A DNA stretch of 64,000 nucleotides from an uncultured Nitrososphaerota archaeon. GTDB lineage: Archaea; Thermoproteota; Nitrososphaeria; Conexivisphaerales; DTJL01. The position numbers were made by a program, and so were the translations under genes. Positions 49,299 through 61,400 of this stretch are shown here, one piece after another. Location of the stretch: positions 160,001-224,000 of the forward strand of contig CAWJIE010000002.1 in the NCBI GenBank assembly GCA_963842885.1, read 5' to 3'. Under the pieces are notes generated by a model, which had not been told where the DNA came from, searched no databases, and worked only from the letters and a program-made list of their open reading frames with translations. Every line of letters starts with the position of its first letter. The stretch's first letter is position 1.

Positions 49299-49457
49299 GA
49301 GGGTATCGTCTGGCCAAAGCAAAGCTGAATGAAGCCAGATATTAGCGTTGCCATGACAGGACGGAGAGGTCCGCCTTCGGACTGGGACAATCGCCCAACT
49401 CCGCCCCAAAATGCCTTTAACGCTGGACGGATGAGGGGTGAGTGAGAGAGATAGCTG

Positions 49458-50123
49458 ATGCCCTACTGTAGCAAATGTGGCGCGTTAAACGCTGACGATT
49501 CGAGGTTCTGCGCCAGCTGTGGAACGCCCACATCGATGGCCTCCTCTTCCGCCGACCAGTTCGGCCAGCGGGTTTCGGAGGGCGCCCAAGACTTCGCAAA
49601 AAGGATGCAGCAAGAAGCGGAAAGGGTTTCCGAGACGGTGCGCCGGGAGACGGACTCTCGCTTCGGCCGCATGCCGCCCGAGGTCTACCAGAACGAGTCC
49701 CTCATCGGGGCCATCTCGGCAGGGGCCGTCTTAGTCATAATCGCGTTGACCTTCCTCAGGTTCCCGAACGTCTTCAACGTCCTTGGCGACTACTTCAGGA
49801 GCATGGGCGAACTGGGGGCTTTCATCAGGCCTCCCCGGGTCATCCTAGAAGCTGCCTCGTTCTTCTTCGCGTCGGTCGGCCTGTGGACGTTCGTCATGGC
49901 GGTGCTGCGACTTCTGGTCCAGAGGAGCGCGCGAAGAGCGCTCAACGACGTCGTCGGCGGCCTGTTCAGCCTCTACGTGGCGTTCGTTGTGTCGGCATAC
50001 GCGGCCCTCCGCATCGGCGGGGTGGGGGTGCTTGCCCTCGTCGTGGTGGGCTTGGGAGCCCTGGTCATCGTCCATGGCATCATCGCCATGGCCCTACCCT
50101 GGAGTCGTCAGTCCATCGGCTGA
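49458..50123 (+). CDS. Zinc-ribbon domain membrane protein
   Basis: YCSKCG...FCASCG, then 4 TMs. Confidence 0.85.
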   Translation: MPYCSKCGALNADDSRFCASCGTPTSMASSSADQFGQRVSEGAQDFAKRMQQEAERVSETVRRETDSRFGRMPPEVYQNESLIGAISAGAVLVIIALTFLRFPNVFNVLGDYFRSMGELGAFIRPPRVILEAASFFFASVGLWTFVMAVLRLLVQRSARRALNDVVGGLFSLYVAFVVSAYAALRIGGVGVLALVVVGLGALVIVHGIIAMALPWSRQSIG

Positions 50124-50170
50124 AGGCAGCTTGATCGGTGGCCCGGGGGCAGACGGAGGCCATCCTAGCT

Positions 50171-50626
50171 TCAGATGCTCTTGCGGCTAACCCAGAGCAG
50201 CCAGGCGCAGACCAGAAAGAGGACCCAGGAGGGCCCGACCAGCCCTGCCGCGTAGACTAGGCCGAACACGTAGAGGACGGAGGTCATGGCCAGCCCGAGT
50301 CCGATTGTTATGGCAGAGGCCACCTTCAGCCAGGTGCCGCCGTTCCCCAAATGCATCTCGTACCCTATGTAGAGTCCTGCGACCCCGACGACCACATATG
50401 GAATCAGGAGGAGGAGGACGTGCTGGACCAGATAGCTGGAGCCGAGGGTGAGGAGGACGTAGAGGGAGGAGGCAATGTGAAGGATTGCCAGGGCTTCGAC
50501 ATAGTCGGTGAGCCTTGTCGCCCTCAGCTCGACACCGCAGTTGCCGCAAAACTTAATGCCAGCGTCGTTCATGAAACCGCACTTCGGGCATCGTACGGGC
50601 ACTTTATCCATCTCAGCCTGAGACAC
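50171..50626 (-). CDS. Zinc-ribbon domain membrane protein
   Basis: CPKCG...FCGNCG, then 4 TMs. Confidence 0.85.
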   Translation of the reverse strand: MSQAEMDKVPVRCPKCGFMNDAGIKFCGNCGVELRATRLTDYVEALAILHIASSLYVLLTLGSSYLVQHVLLLLIPYVVVGVAGLYIGYEMHLGNGGTWLKVASAITIGLGLAMTSVLYVFGLVYAAGLVGPSWVLFLVCAWLLWVSRKSI

Positions 50627-50681
50627 GTCTGAACCGGTCGCTGGTACGATGTAATAAATCTCGCGACGGCGGCAGGCCCAG

Positions 50682-50990
50682 CTATCCCTGCATCTCTGCT
50701 TCGATGGCGCGCAAGTCCACGCAACTAGCGTCCTGTTTCATTTTGAGAGACCTTCCGTGCTTGAAAACCCCCTTCAATGAGGAGAAGGCGACGCCGGGCA
50801 GCACCAACGCGGACCCCGCCAGCGTAAGGAGCACTGAAAGCGGCCTTCTCTCGGTCCCATGGACGTAAGTCGCCATGTGCATGGAGACGGCCGCGGCCGG
50901 AGGCATCCCCAGCGCCAGCACGGAGCTCCAGGAGACGGTGGGGAAGACCTCTCTCAATTGCAGGGAGATACTGTGCCGTATTATCCGCAC
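50682..50990 (-). pseudogene. Possible decayed membrane-transporter (EamA-like) fragment
   Basis: Hydrophobic remnant ...GTER...LTLAGSALVLPGV resembles an EamA C-terminus. No intact N-terminus. Confidence 0.25.
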
Positions 50991-51012
50991 TTGGTCGCGG
51001 TGGGCCTTTACC

Positions 51013-51981
51013 CTATTTTTGCGGCTCGGGATTTCCCTTGCCGGCGTGGAGGACAGCGAATATGACCGTGAAGGAAAGGATGAAGATAAGGCCGAAGGCG
51101 AGGGCCAGGGCTCCCACGATGAGGAGAGGCACGTTGAGCCTCGCCCCGGAGTTGTATGAAACCAACGCCCCGATGAACAGAGCCAGCCCCGCGATGGTCA
51201 GCTCAATGCCGGGCGCGCCTATAAAGAAGAACGGCCTCTCAGTTATAATCCTGTGGAGGACCTTCTCCCATCTGGCTTGGATGGTGAGCTCCTCCTTCGG
51301 CGATGGAATGGACGGGGGCGACAGGACTGCGGACTTGAAAGTGACTATCTTGACGCGCAGCCCAGAGGCGACGGCGACTGCCATCTGGTCTTCGCCTCCG
51401 AAGGACGTGAAGAAATCGTCTCTGGTCCTCGCTCCCAGGGCCTTCGAGTTGAGCGCCAGAAGCTCGACACCAGGCACAGGGACGCCTCCTTCTTCATGCA
51501 CCCCGATGCAGATGTCGGCTTCGTCCCTGCGTATCGGCTCGATTAGTCCGGGGAGCTGTTCGGGGTCGTTGTGCTTTTCGACCTCCATTGTGACCACGAT
51601 TTGCGGATCGGACTTGAGGGCCTCCTCCATCAGGTCCGACATGGCCTTGCCTTTGCCCAAGCCTTCTTTGTGCTGAATCACGAAGGCTCCAGCTTCGCGC
51701 GCCTTTGACGCCGTTTCGTCCAAGGAGCCGTCGTCGCAGACTATCACCTTGTTGACGAACTTCAGGGCCTTCGACACCGTCTTCCCGATCTGCTTCTCGG
51801 CGTTCAGGGTCGCGATGCACAGCACGACGCCCTTGGGGGTGGGCGCAGGCGCCTCCTCCACGGTTGGCTCTGCTATCTGTTTCTCGAGCTGCTGCAGGCC
51901 TTCCGGGGAAGCGGCCGGCTCTGGTGCCGCTGACCGGGCCTCGGTTGTTATCTCGCTCATCTGACGCGCAACAGGGGACAT
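51013..51981 (-). CDS. GT2 (DPM-synthase-like) glycosyltransferase, degenerate DxD, two C-terminal TMs
   Basis: IAT.NAE, VCDDGS.DET, LGKGKA. VTMEVE stands where DAD is expected. Confidence 0.75.
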   Translation of the reverse strand: MSPVARQMSEITTEARSAAPEPAASPEGLQQLEKQIAEPTVEEAPAPTPKGVVLCIATLNAEKQIGKTVSKALKFVNKVIVCDDGSLDETASKAREAGAFVIQHKEGLGKGKAMSDLMEEALKSDPQIVVTMEVEKHNDPEQLPGLIEPIRRDEADICIGVHEEGGVPVPGVELLALNSKALGARTRDDFFTSFGGEDQMAVAVASGLRVKIVTFKSAVLSPPSIPSPKEELTIQARWEKVLHRIITERPFFFIGAPGIELTIAGLALFIGALVSYNSGARLNVPLLIVGALALAFGLIFILSFTVIFAVLHAGKGNPEPQK

Positions 51982-51995
51982 GACGGACGAGCGTA

Positions 51996-54900
51996 TTATA
52001 CCTTAGCCCGCCGATTCGTCGCATCTCGGGCTGGCTTGCTCCTCTTGTGGGGCCGTTCGGCCGGTCGAGGGAGCTCCACGGTGAACGTGGATCCTCTTCC
52101 AAGCCTGCTGGAGGCCGAGATCCTGCCGCCATGGGCCTCCACCAGCCTCTTGCAGATGGAGAGGCCCATGCCCAGTCCCTGAGCTTTGGTCGTGTAGAGC
52201 GGGACGAACAACTTCTCCATCTGCGACCTGCTCATGCCCACTCCTGTGTCAGAAATGACCGCCTTGAGCCCACCTCTCGGAGGCGGAGGACCGGATCGTT
52301 AGCTTCCCGCCCGCCGCCATGGCGTCCACAGAGTTGGTGATGAGGTTCTGGAAGACTCGGATCAGACGAGACCTGTCCCCGGCTACCTTCGTTCCCGGCG
52401 CCAGCTCCAAGGAGAGCCTGATGTGGCTCGGAATGACGACGCTCTCCGTGGCGGTCTCTATCAGTTCATTGAGGTCCAGCCTGACCTTCTTTATCGGAGA
52501 TTGCCTCGAATAGGTCAGCAGGTCCTCGATGATCTTGTCCGCGTGCATTATGGCCGCTTCCATGTAGTCCATCGTCTCCCTGACCCTACCCTCAGGCTCC
52601 AGGGGCAGGACGCCCCTCAGATAGAACAGGCTGGTGTTGATGGTGGTCAGGGGGTTCCTGAGGTCGTGGCCCACCTGGGCGGCCACCGTCCCGATGGTGG
52701 CAAGCCGTTCGGCCTCAAGGAGTTTCTTGTGAGACTCGTCCAGCTCGCGAGTCCTCTCCTCCACCTTGTCCTTCAGCCTGGAGCTGTACTCCTTAAGCTG
52801 GTCCGCCAGGGCCTTGGCCTGGCTGATGTCTTCGGCCATCGCGATGCTGAGGAGGGGTTTGCCTGCGTTGTTCCTGATCAGGGAAACGGTGATCCTAGCC
52901 CAGATGTGGCCTCCTCCCTTCTTCAGATAGCGCTTCTCGAAATGGTAGTGGTCGATCTTCCCGGACAGCAGCAGTCGGCCGAACTCCTCGTCCGTCGGGA
53001 TGTCATCCTTGTACGTGATCCTCCTCCAGTCCATCGAGGTCAGCTCCTCTTCGGAGTAGCCCACCATCCGGCAGAAGGCCGGGTTCGCCCTCACGAAGAC
53101 TCCTTCCGGTGTTGACAACGTCATGCCCACGGCGGCATTGTGGAAGGTCAGCCTGAACCGCTCCTCGCTGGCGCGAAGCTCGGACTCCGCCACTTTCAGG
53201 GCCGTGATGTCCATCACAGACACGAGCACCCTGTCCCAAGTCTCCTCGCTCCCTGCTGCGAGCGAGCCCTTGATGCTCGTGAAGATGTCCCTCCCCCGGA
53301 TGTCCTTCTCCCGAATCTGCGCTGAAGACTCCCTCCCTCCCCGGTAGAATGTCAGAAGGGCCTTCACGAATGAGTGCGTCCTGTCGTCGCTCCTCTTGAC
53401 CAGGAACTTCCTGAGCTCCTTCTCGGATGCCACTCCATAGATGTCGTAGGTGGCCTTGTTGAAGTCGATGAGCTTGGTCCTGGAGATAAGGGCCTCCACC
53501 TCCGCGGGGTTGTTCATGAAGTGCTGCTCAATATCGGCGACCCCCTTCGCCTCCAGTTGCTTCAGATATGCTTGAGCCCCGGAGCAGTCCTCCTCCCAGA
53601 TGGAAATGGGGGAGTCCTGGAAGAGCGAGCGGTATCTCTCCTCGCTTCTCCTAATCTCCTCTTCGGACCTCCTCCTCTCCGTGATGTCGCTTATGGCGAT
53701 GAAGACTTTGGCATACGAGCCTTCGAAGCCCGGCGGAACGAGCACAAGGAGGTCCACAAGGCGCAGCTCTCCGTGGAGAGTCCGGTTCACGACTTCGGCT
53801 TGATACTTGGTCTCGCCCCTGGCAATGGCTGCAAAGATGCCCGCCTCTTCGCCGTAGCTCGACTCATCGACCATGGAGTCGATGCCTCCCAGCTCCTCCC
53901 TCTTCGCTTGGTGAAAGGCCAACCCGGCGCGGTTGACGTCCACGATCCTCACGAGCCTCAGAAGGCGCCTGACCTCGTCCGGCCTCCCCGCCAGGTAGGA
54001 GCGAATGTCGACGACACCCTTGGCCTCCATCGACTGCAGCTCCAGCTTCACCAAGGAGTAGTCCTCTTCCCAGAGCGGAATGGGGGAATGCTCGAAGAGG
54101 GTACGATACCTGTCCTCACTTTCCTCCAGAGCGCCTTCGAAGGCCTTCCTAAGCGAAATGTCCTGGACGATAGATAGATCGAAGACCCTGCGACCGGCGG
54201 CGTCATGCAGCGAAGAGACGTTCAGGATGGTCCATACGGTGTGGCCATCCTTGTGGATGTACCTCTTCTCCATGGTGAAGGTGGGTATCTCACCGGAGGC
54301 GAGTTTCGTCCTGAGCGCAATATTGGCACGCAGGTCTTCGGGATGAGTGATAGATTCGAAGCTTATGGACTGCAGCTCCTCAGTGGTATACCCTAGCATC
54401 TCGCTGAACGCCCTGTTGACCCGGAAGTACATCCCATTCGGCTCGGCGATGGTCATGCCGACGGGAGCGTCTTCGAAAGCGTGACGGAACCTCTCTTCGC
54501 TCTCCCTCAGCCCCTCCTCCAGCTTCTTGCGCTGGGTTATGTCGGTGAACAGACAGACCGCACCCACCGCCAGGCCCGCGGGGTCATGCATGGGGGCCAT
54601 GATTAGACTGGTCTCCAGGCGCGTTCCGTCCTTCCTCACGCACTCTACTTCGTCGAGGCCACTTTCTCCTGTGGAGAGGAGGGTCCGAAACCTCTCGACG
54701 AAGGAGTCCACTTGGTCTGCGGGGACAAGGGGGTTGAAGTGGCCCACTACCTCCCTTGCGCTCCAGCCGAAGAGTTTCTCCGCCTTGCTATTCCATAGTT
54801 TCACCGCGCCTGCGGTATCGAATGTAAGCACGGCCAGAGGCGAGGCGTTCACCAGGGCGCCGAGCGTTTCATTTACTTCGGCCAGCCTGAGCTCCTGTGC

Positions 54901-55689
54901 CTTCCGCTCGGTGACGTCCTCCTGCACAGCTACGAAATGGGTGATCTTTCCCTCGGCGTCTTTCACCGAAGAGATGGTCGCGGCCGCCCAGTAGTAGCTG
55001 CCGTCCTTCTTCCTGTTGTGGAACTCGCCATGCCAGTCTTTGCCAGAGGTTATCGAATCCCACAAGCGCTTGTAGATCGCATCAGGGAGTTCGCCTGACT
55101 TCAGGATCCGTGGCGTCTTTCCCAGGACGTCTTCGATAACGTAGCCTGTGACCTCAGTGAACTTCGAGTTGACGTATTCGATCTTCCCCTCCGTGTCCGT
55201 TATGATGACGATAACGGGGCTCTGGTCGACGGCCCTGCCCAGCTTCCGGAGGGTGTCCTCGATGGCCATGCTGCTGGTGAGGTCCCGGGCCCAGATGACC
55301 ACGCGAGAGGTCCCCGCCATGTCCCACCTGGAAAGCGTCGCCTGGATGGGGAACTCACTCCCGTCCTTCCTCAAGCCGCTGTCCCATCCTGAGCCGAGCA
55401 GCTTGCCGCCAATCTCGGCGGTCCAGAGCCTCTGAATGTGTGAGAGAAGCGTCTCCCTGAAACGAGGGGGGACCAAATCGGAGAGGGAAAGGGCGGAGAT
55501 CTCGTCCTTGGAGTAGCCGAAGCCGAGGAGGGCAGGTGAGTTGGCGAATTCGAGCTTTCCGTCAGAGTCGGCCAACAGAATCAGGTCGGAGGAGGTCTCC
55601 GCGAGCGAACGCAGGATGGTAGAGGTCCAGAGGTCAGCCTGCGGGTCGCGACGCACGTTGGGCTCCCCGTTTACACCTGATTCGTTCAA
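51996..55689 (-). CDS. Cytoplasmic ~7xPAS sensor histidine kinase (frameshift near 52265)
   Basis: Repeated PAS/PAC, VGHDLRNPL, NLITNSVDA. The G-boxes lie in ORF 51996..52241. Confidence 0.93.
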
Positions 55690-55697
55690 CTCAGTTT

Positions 55698-55991
55698 CTA
55701 CTTTGTGGCAGGCTTGTCAGACGGGCTTCCGGGGGAAGAGGACGCTTGACCTTCTGCCTTCTTCGCCTCGGCCTGAAGCTCCTTCTCTATCTCTTCGATG
55801 GGCTGCGGAGGCGGTGTGGTGGCCAAGGTGTAGCCAATCCAGGCGAGGATGGCGAGGACTCCGGCCACCGCAAGGAAGGCAGTGATCTCCAACACGATGA
55901 GCGGGAAGTACCAAATCAGAACACCGTAGGCGACGATGCCGATGATACTCAAGACAAGAATGACGGCCCCGAGAGTCTGGTCCTTGCTCAC
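55698..55991 (-). CDS. Conserved archaeal two-TM small protein
   Basis: MSKDQ.LG...LAWIGYTLATTPPP.PIEEIEKEL. TTATATAA about 45 bp upstream. Confidence 0.85.
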   Translation of the reverse strand: MSKDQTLGAVILVLSIIGIVAYGVLIWYFPLIVLEITAFLAVAGVLAILAWIGYTLATTPPPQPIEEIEKELQAEAKKAEGQASSSPGSPSDKPATK

Positions 55992-56051
55992 AAATACTCA
56001 CTCCGCTCTATTGAACGAGCGTTACACCCTTCAGTTATATAAGCGATTTCG

Positions 56052-56987
56052 TCACAGTTTCCGCTGGCCCGTCGGTCCATAGTCGACGTACACCAGCTGG
56101 AACCCTTCGGGAAGGATGACGAGGCCATGGGAGTCGATGAGCATCTGCCGTAGCTTCTCCTTGGAGCCGAAGTGCCTCTTGTCGTAGGTGCACATGATGT
56201 GGGCCGAGAAGGGCAGCTTCGCGCCCAGCGCCCGTTCGAGCTGGGCCACGCCCACCTCCTCGCCGTATTTCAGGAGGCCACCGTTGTCGATGACCACCCT
56301 CGCCCCTTTGTATCCCTTCCCCTTCGCTTCCGTGACGAGCATGCGGAGCTTGTCAAGTGCCTTCTGGGGGCTGAAGACGAAGTTGTCGAAGAACGATTCC
56401 CTGACGCTGAGGATGGAGGTGCGCTTTGCGTCCACGTTGACTGGCAGACCCCTGCTCGAAAGATCGCCCGTTATGTTTGACCTGTCGGGCGATCCTGCGA
56501 TGAGAGCGAACATGAAGTCCTTCTCCACTGCGCCCTTGTAGAACCACTGAATCACCTGCTCCTTCATCTCAAGGCTGTCGTAGAGGACCATGATGTGATC
56601 TCCCAGCTTCATCTTCTCCATCACGACCGTCTGCACCTTCAGCGAGTGGTCTATCTCCTCCAGCTTCTCGGGGGCTTCGTCGAGCGACTCAACGCCGCTG
56701 AGGGCCTGCGGGAAGGTGACCTTGAGGTGGGCAAGGACAAGAGGATAGAGTATCACCGCGGCATTTATGCCGAGGAGGGCCCCCACCGATTCAACGAAAC
56801 GCTCGTGGTTGTAGACCAAGTCCTCGGGAGAGAGGCCGTACAGGGCCGACAGCTGCTTTCTGAGGGCAGGCCAAGCCAGCTCGCCCATGGCTTCGGCGAG
56901 AGAGGCGTCCACGCTGGCCGCCACCTGTTCACGGATGTTCTCTGACCTTGGGAAGTACAGTACCTTGGTGGACATCGGTTGTGCCAA
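56052..56987 (-). CDS. MEDS-domain sensory protein with N-terminal DUF3227/NitrOD5-like helical domain
   Basis: GDHIMVLY, A..KGYKGARV, LER.L......MCTYD....HG. Confidence 0.75.
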   Translation of the reverse strand: MAQPMSTKVLYFPRSENIREQVAASVDASLAEAMGELAWPALRKQLSALYGLSPEDLVYNHERFVESVGALLGINAAVILYPLVLAHLKVTFPQALSGVESLDEAPEKLEEIDHSLKVQTVVMEKMKLGDHIMVLYDSLEMKEQVIQWFYKGAVEKDFMFALIAGSPDRSNITGDLSSRGLPVNVDAKRTSILSVRESFFDNFVFSPQKALDKLRMLVTEAKGKGYKGARVVIDNGGLLKYGEEVGVAQLERALGAKLPFSAHIMCTYDKRHFGSKEKLRQMLIDSHGLVILPEGFQLVYVDYGPTGQRKL

Positions 56988-57169
56988 TTCTCTTGCTGCT
57001 TGAGGATATATATGTTAGCCCGGCCGATGGCCTTTCTGGTCAAGTCGCCCCCCGGAGGCGTGAACGATTGGCACGCCTCCGCGTGTTACTTTGCGCGTTT
57101 CTGCAACTGGGAGGCGGCACATTCACCGAATGGTGATTCCAACGAGATATGGCGAAGGCGTCAGGCTCC

Positions 57170-58096
57170 CTACAGCCGAGGAAGTGTCCCCAGCCCGGCG
57201 TAATACTCGGCGATGATACCCAGTCCCTTCTTGACGGGCACCCGGGCTTCGAAGCCCAGCCTCTCCCTCGCCTTTTTGGTATCGGCCTTGGTCCTCATCA
57301 CATAATTGGTCATGTCCGCATTGACGTACTTGGGCGCAGTCTTTGTGCCCAACCTGGCACATATCAGCTCGACCATGGCGTTGAAGCTGGTTTCGGAACC
57401 CGTACCGAGGTTGAAGATGTCGAACCCCCCCGTCCGCTTCGAAGCGAGTAGGAGGCCCTCTACGATGTCCTTGACGTACGTTAGGTCGCGTGACTGCTCC
57501 CCCGTTCCATAGAGCACGGGCTGTTGCCTCTGCATGACGCTCCAGAGGAACTGGGTGAAGGTGTTGGCGTACCTCCCCTTGCCCTCTTCGCGCTCTCCGT
57601 ATACGCTAAAGAGCCTCAGAGCGGTGCTGCCCACGCCATGTAGCTTCCAGTAGAGTTCGCCCAGCCTTTCCACGGCGTAGCGGGCTTCCGTGTAGTAGTC
57701 GGTGACCTTGGGAAAGATGTCCTCTGACCAAGGGAGGGGCGTCCCGTTGTAGATGGAGCTGGTGGAGGCCACGACGAGCCTGCAGCGCGTCCTCAGTCCG
57801 AATTCGTAGACGGCGACGGCATCCTTCACGACCTCCCCCACCAGTCCGGGGTTCTCCTTATACATGGGAGAGCTGCTGTACATCCCCAGATGGAAGACGA
57901 CGTCGGCGCCATGAGCCACCGAAGATATGTCGCCAGCCGAACCCCTGTGGAGCCTGAAATTGCCGCCCTTGGGGAGGTTCTCGGCCTTCCCAGTGTAGAA
58001 GTTGTCTATGATGAGCACCTCGTCCCCTTCGGCCAGGAGCCTTTCGACCAGATGGCTCCCAATGAAACCCGCACCACCCGTCACGACGGCCTTCAT
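57170..58096 (-). CDS. NAD-dependent epimerase/dehydratase
   Basis: VTGGAGFIGSHL, ASTSSIY, LRLFSVYG, RDLTYV.D, FNLGTG. Confidence 0.93.
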   Translation of the reverse strand: MKAVVTGGAGFIGSHLVERLLAEGDEVLIIDNFYTGKAENLPKGGNFRLHRGSAGDISSVAHGADVVFHLGMYSSSPMYKENPGLVGEVVKDAVAVYEFGLRTRCRLVVASTSSIYNGTPLPWSEDIFPKVTDYYTEARYAVERLGELYWKLHGVGSTALRLFSVYGEREEGKGRYANTFTQFLWSVMQRQQPVLYGTGEQSRDLTYVKDIVEGLLLASKRTGGFDIFNLGTGSETSFNAMVELICARLGTKTAPKYVNADMTNYVMRTKADTKKARERLGFEARVPVKKGLGIIAEYYAGLGTLPRL

Positions 58097-58490
58097 GCCG
58101 ATGCGAAGGCACCTCTCGTTGCCGGCGTGATGCCCTCCGGCCCAGGAGCGGCTCGACCTAGAGCCCGAGGAAGACCTTGAATGAAGGCGGGCATCAACCG
58201 TTTTCGCATATCCGCGAACAGGGGTGACGCCGTATTAATCCTTTCGTGGAGATGGGGGACACCTTCGGAGATGGAGGACATGTCAGGAGTCTGATGGAGC
58301 TGGAGGACAATCTCGGGGAGACCGGGCATCCGGCCCACTGGGACCCGCAGGGGACGATGGCTCTTATCTTCCTGCTGCTTCCGCACACGCTGAGCGGTTG
58401 GTACTCGTGCTTCATCTTCGCTTCCTCGCAGTCTGTAGTGTGTAAGGGTTCTTTCTTCGTCATCGAACCGCCTTAGGTAAGGAGAAGCAG

Positions 58491-61400
58491 CTACCGCGAG
58501 GCGAGGGCTTCGTCTGCAGCGCCTCCTTCCGCGGAGGCGAGGGGGAGTGCTACGCTGATGGTTGTCCCTTCGCCGACCTTGCTCTTTACGTCGATCCTTC
58601 CGCCGTGGGCCTCGACCAGGCGCTTGCATATGGCCAAGCCCAGACCCAGACCCTCCGACTTGGTGGTGAAGAAGGGGGTGAAGAGCAGGCCAAGGTTCTC
58701 CTCCCGGATGCCGGCGCCCGTGTCGGAGATGCTCACGATGACCTCCTTTGGCCCGACCGCCGAGGAGACGGTGAGAGACCCCCCATCGGGCATGGCGTCG
58801 ACGGCGTTGCTCACCAGGTTCTGGAAGACGCGTGTCAGCCTTGTGCTGTCGCCATCCACCTCGACTCTGTCTTCGAGTTTCACATGTACGCTGACGTTCT
58901 TCGGGATCAGGACCGAGCTCATCGAAGATGTCAGGACAGAATTGAGTAGCAGCTTCCTCTTCTTGAGGCCCGCGGTCCGCGCGTACTCCAAGAGGTCCTC
59001 CACTATTCTGTTGGCGTGAAAGATGGCGTTCTGCATGGAGTTGAGGGTCACGTCGACCTTGTCCTTCTGCTTCCTGGGGAGGACGTTGTGAAGGTAGTAC
59101 AGATTCGTGTTGATGGCCGTCAGGGGGTTACGGAGGTCATGGCCCACCTGGGCCGACACCTCTCCGATGGTGGCAAGGCGCTGGGCCTTGAGCAACTTCT
59201 CCTGGGCGTCCACCAGCTCGCGGCTCCTTTCCTCGACCTTCTCCTCCAGCTGTCCCGCGTATTCCCTTATCTCGTTTCGGGCTCTCTCCAGCTCCTTGAA
59301 GAGGCGTGCGCTCTCGAGGGCGACGGCTGCCAGGCCGATGAAGAGCTCCAGCGGAGCAAGTGAGGTCTGCGTCGGCCTCCTTCCGTCCACGGGGTCGTCG
59401 ACGGAGAGGATGCCGATGATGCGGCCGTCAGGAAGGGTCAGAGGGGTGTAGAGGAGGTCCTCCGGGCCCCAGTCCACCATCTGCTCGGGCGACAGGCGGC
59501 TCGAGATGCCTATCTGGGCCGTCCTCTCCCTCACGAACGGGTCGCTCCAAGGCAGGTAGTAGAAGGAGCCGATCTTGAAACGCTCGTATTCGGGTCCGAA
59601 CCTGTCCCTCCAGCTCATACCGGAGGAAGTCGTCCTCCAGAGGAAATCTCGTTCCTCGTCGCTGAGGCCAGCCGTTACGAGGTCTTCGGGGGACACTATG
59701 TCCATGTTCTCGTCCCTCGCGGAGATCACCACCCTCCTCCAGCCCAAGTCCTTTATGGCGTCGGTGATCTTCTGGAGCCTTTCCTGAACGTCTCCGGCAC
59801 GGAGTATCTGGGCCGAGCTTCGCAGGAGGAAGGCGAGCTGGTGGGACCTCTTCTCTATCTCCGTTCGCTGCTCAAGGTTGCCGATGGCCGCCGCCATGTG
59901 CGAGGCGAGGATTTGAAGAAGCTTGACGTCGTTGATGTCGAACGCGTCAAGCTCCATGCTCTTGCAAGTCAATCACGCCCAGAACCTGGCCCTCCAGTTC
60001 GACGGGGACGACCAGCTCCGACTTTACGCCGGCGATGCCCATCAAGTAGCCTTCGTCTTTGGTGACGTCAGGGAGCAAGACAGGCTCGTGCGTGCGGGCC
60101 GCCCTGACCATAAGACCTCGCTGGGAGCCGTCCAAGGGAAGCTTCGCAATCAGAATCTCCCCTGGCCCCTGCTGGCGGCCCTCTCAAGGTATTCCCCGCG
60201 CACCCTGGCGAAGAAGGCGTGTTCGAAACCCAGGACGCGTTGGACGGCGTCCATGGTTATTTCGTAGACGTCCGTCAGGTTCCTGGCGGAGCTCAGCTCC
60301 GTGTCATAGTAGTGCAGAGCTGAGAGCCTCTCCTCGAAGATCCTTCTTTCCGTCTCTGCCAGCTTGCGGGCAGTGACGTCACGGGCCACAACGAGGACCG
60401 CTGGATTCCCCCTGTATGAGACGCGGATGGCCGCGGCTTCGGCGTCGGCGACCGCGCCGTCAAAACGATGGAACTTCACTCCCAGGACGTTGGTCTCCTG
60501 AACCGTGCCTGTGCCCTTCCTGACTTCCTCCATGATAGCTGCGGCATCGACGGGCTCGAAGAACTGTTTCCAGTCCTTGCCAACAATGTCGCCGGCGGAC
60601 GCTCCTCCCATCAATGTCACCGCGGCGGCGTTGGCGAAGACGAACGCGCTTTCGCTGTAGACCAGAATGGCGTCTGGCGAGAATTCAACAAGCTGGCGGT
60701 ACCTATGCTCACTCTCTTCGAGGGCATATTGAGTTCCCGTAAGCTCGGTTATGTCGGTGCCGACGGCTAAGACGGAGGCAAGCTCACCGCTTGCGCCGCG
60801 CACAAGCCTGTTGGTCCAATGAATCCACACCCTAGTTCCGTCCTTCTTGATGTTCTCATTGATGTTGTTCGCAAAGCGCACGGGATCCCTGATGACGTCG
60901 TCCACCATGGAGCTCGTGTCCTTGCCCGCGGAATCGACCTTGGGGACGATGGTCTCCGACGCCTTCATCCCGATAATCTCGTCCCTTTCGAAGCCGAAGA
61001 AACGCACGGCGAACTCGTTGAACGACGTTATGCGCCCGGACATGTCAAGCATGATGATGATAGAGTTGGCGCTTTCGACGAGCTCGCGGTACTTCTCCTC
61101 AGATTCGCGCAGAGCCAAGTCGGCCCGGCGACGCTCGGTCACGTCCAGGACGAGGCCCTCCAGGGTTGTTGTGCGACCCCTCTCCATTTCGACCCCGGTT
61201 CCCTGTTCCCAGACGTACTTCGTGGAGCCGTCGGCCGCGACTATCCTGTACTCAAAAGTGTAAGGCCTCGATTCGGCCAAGGCAGCCTCCACCTCCTTGC
61301 GGACCCTCTCTCGGTCCTCGGGATGGATGACGTCGGAGTAAGGCTTGCCGACGAAGACGGAGGGGTGATATCCGGTCAGGGAGAGGCACCCCTCGCTGAC

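Noticed and set aside
58248-58312. Three GAG(A/C)TGG(A/G)GGACA repeats in the gap between epimerase and kinase
   Set aside because: Irregular spacing and only three short copies. Overlapping small ORFs are unconvincing, so nothing can be supported.
540-60160. About 20 frameshifts suggesting mass pseudogenisation or programmed frameshifting
   Set aside because: They are isolated small indels scattered through unrelated, otherwise well-conserved genes, with no accompanying in-frame stops or shared slippery motif. Long-read sequencing error is the simplest explanation.
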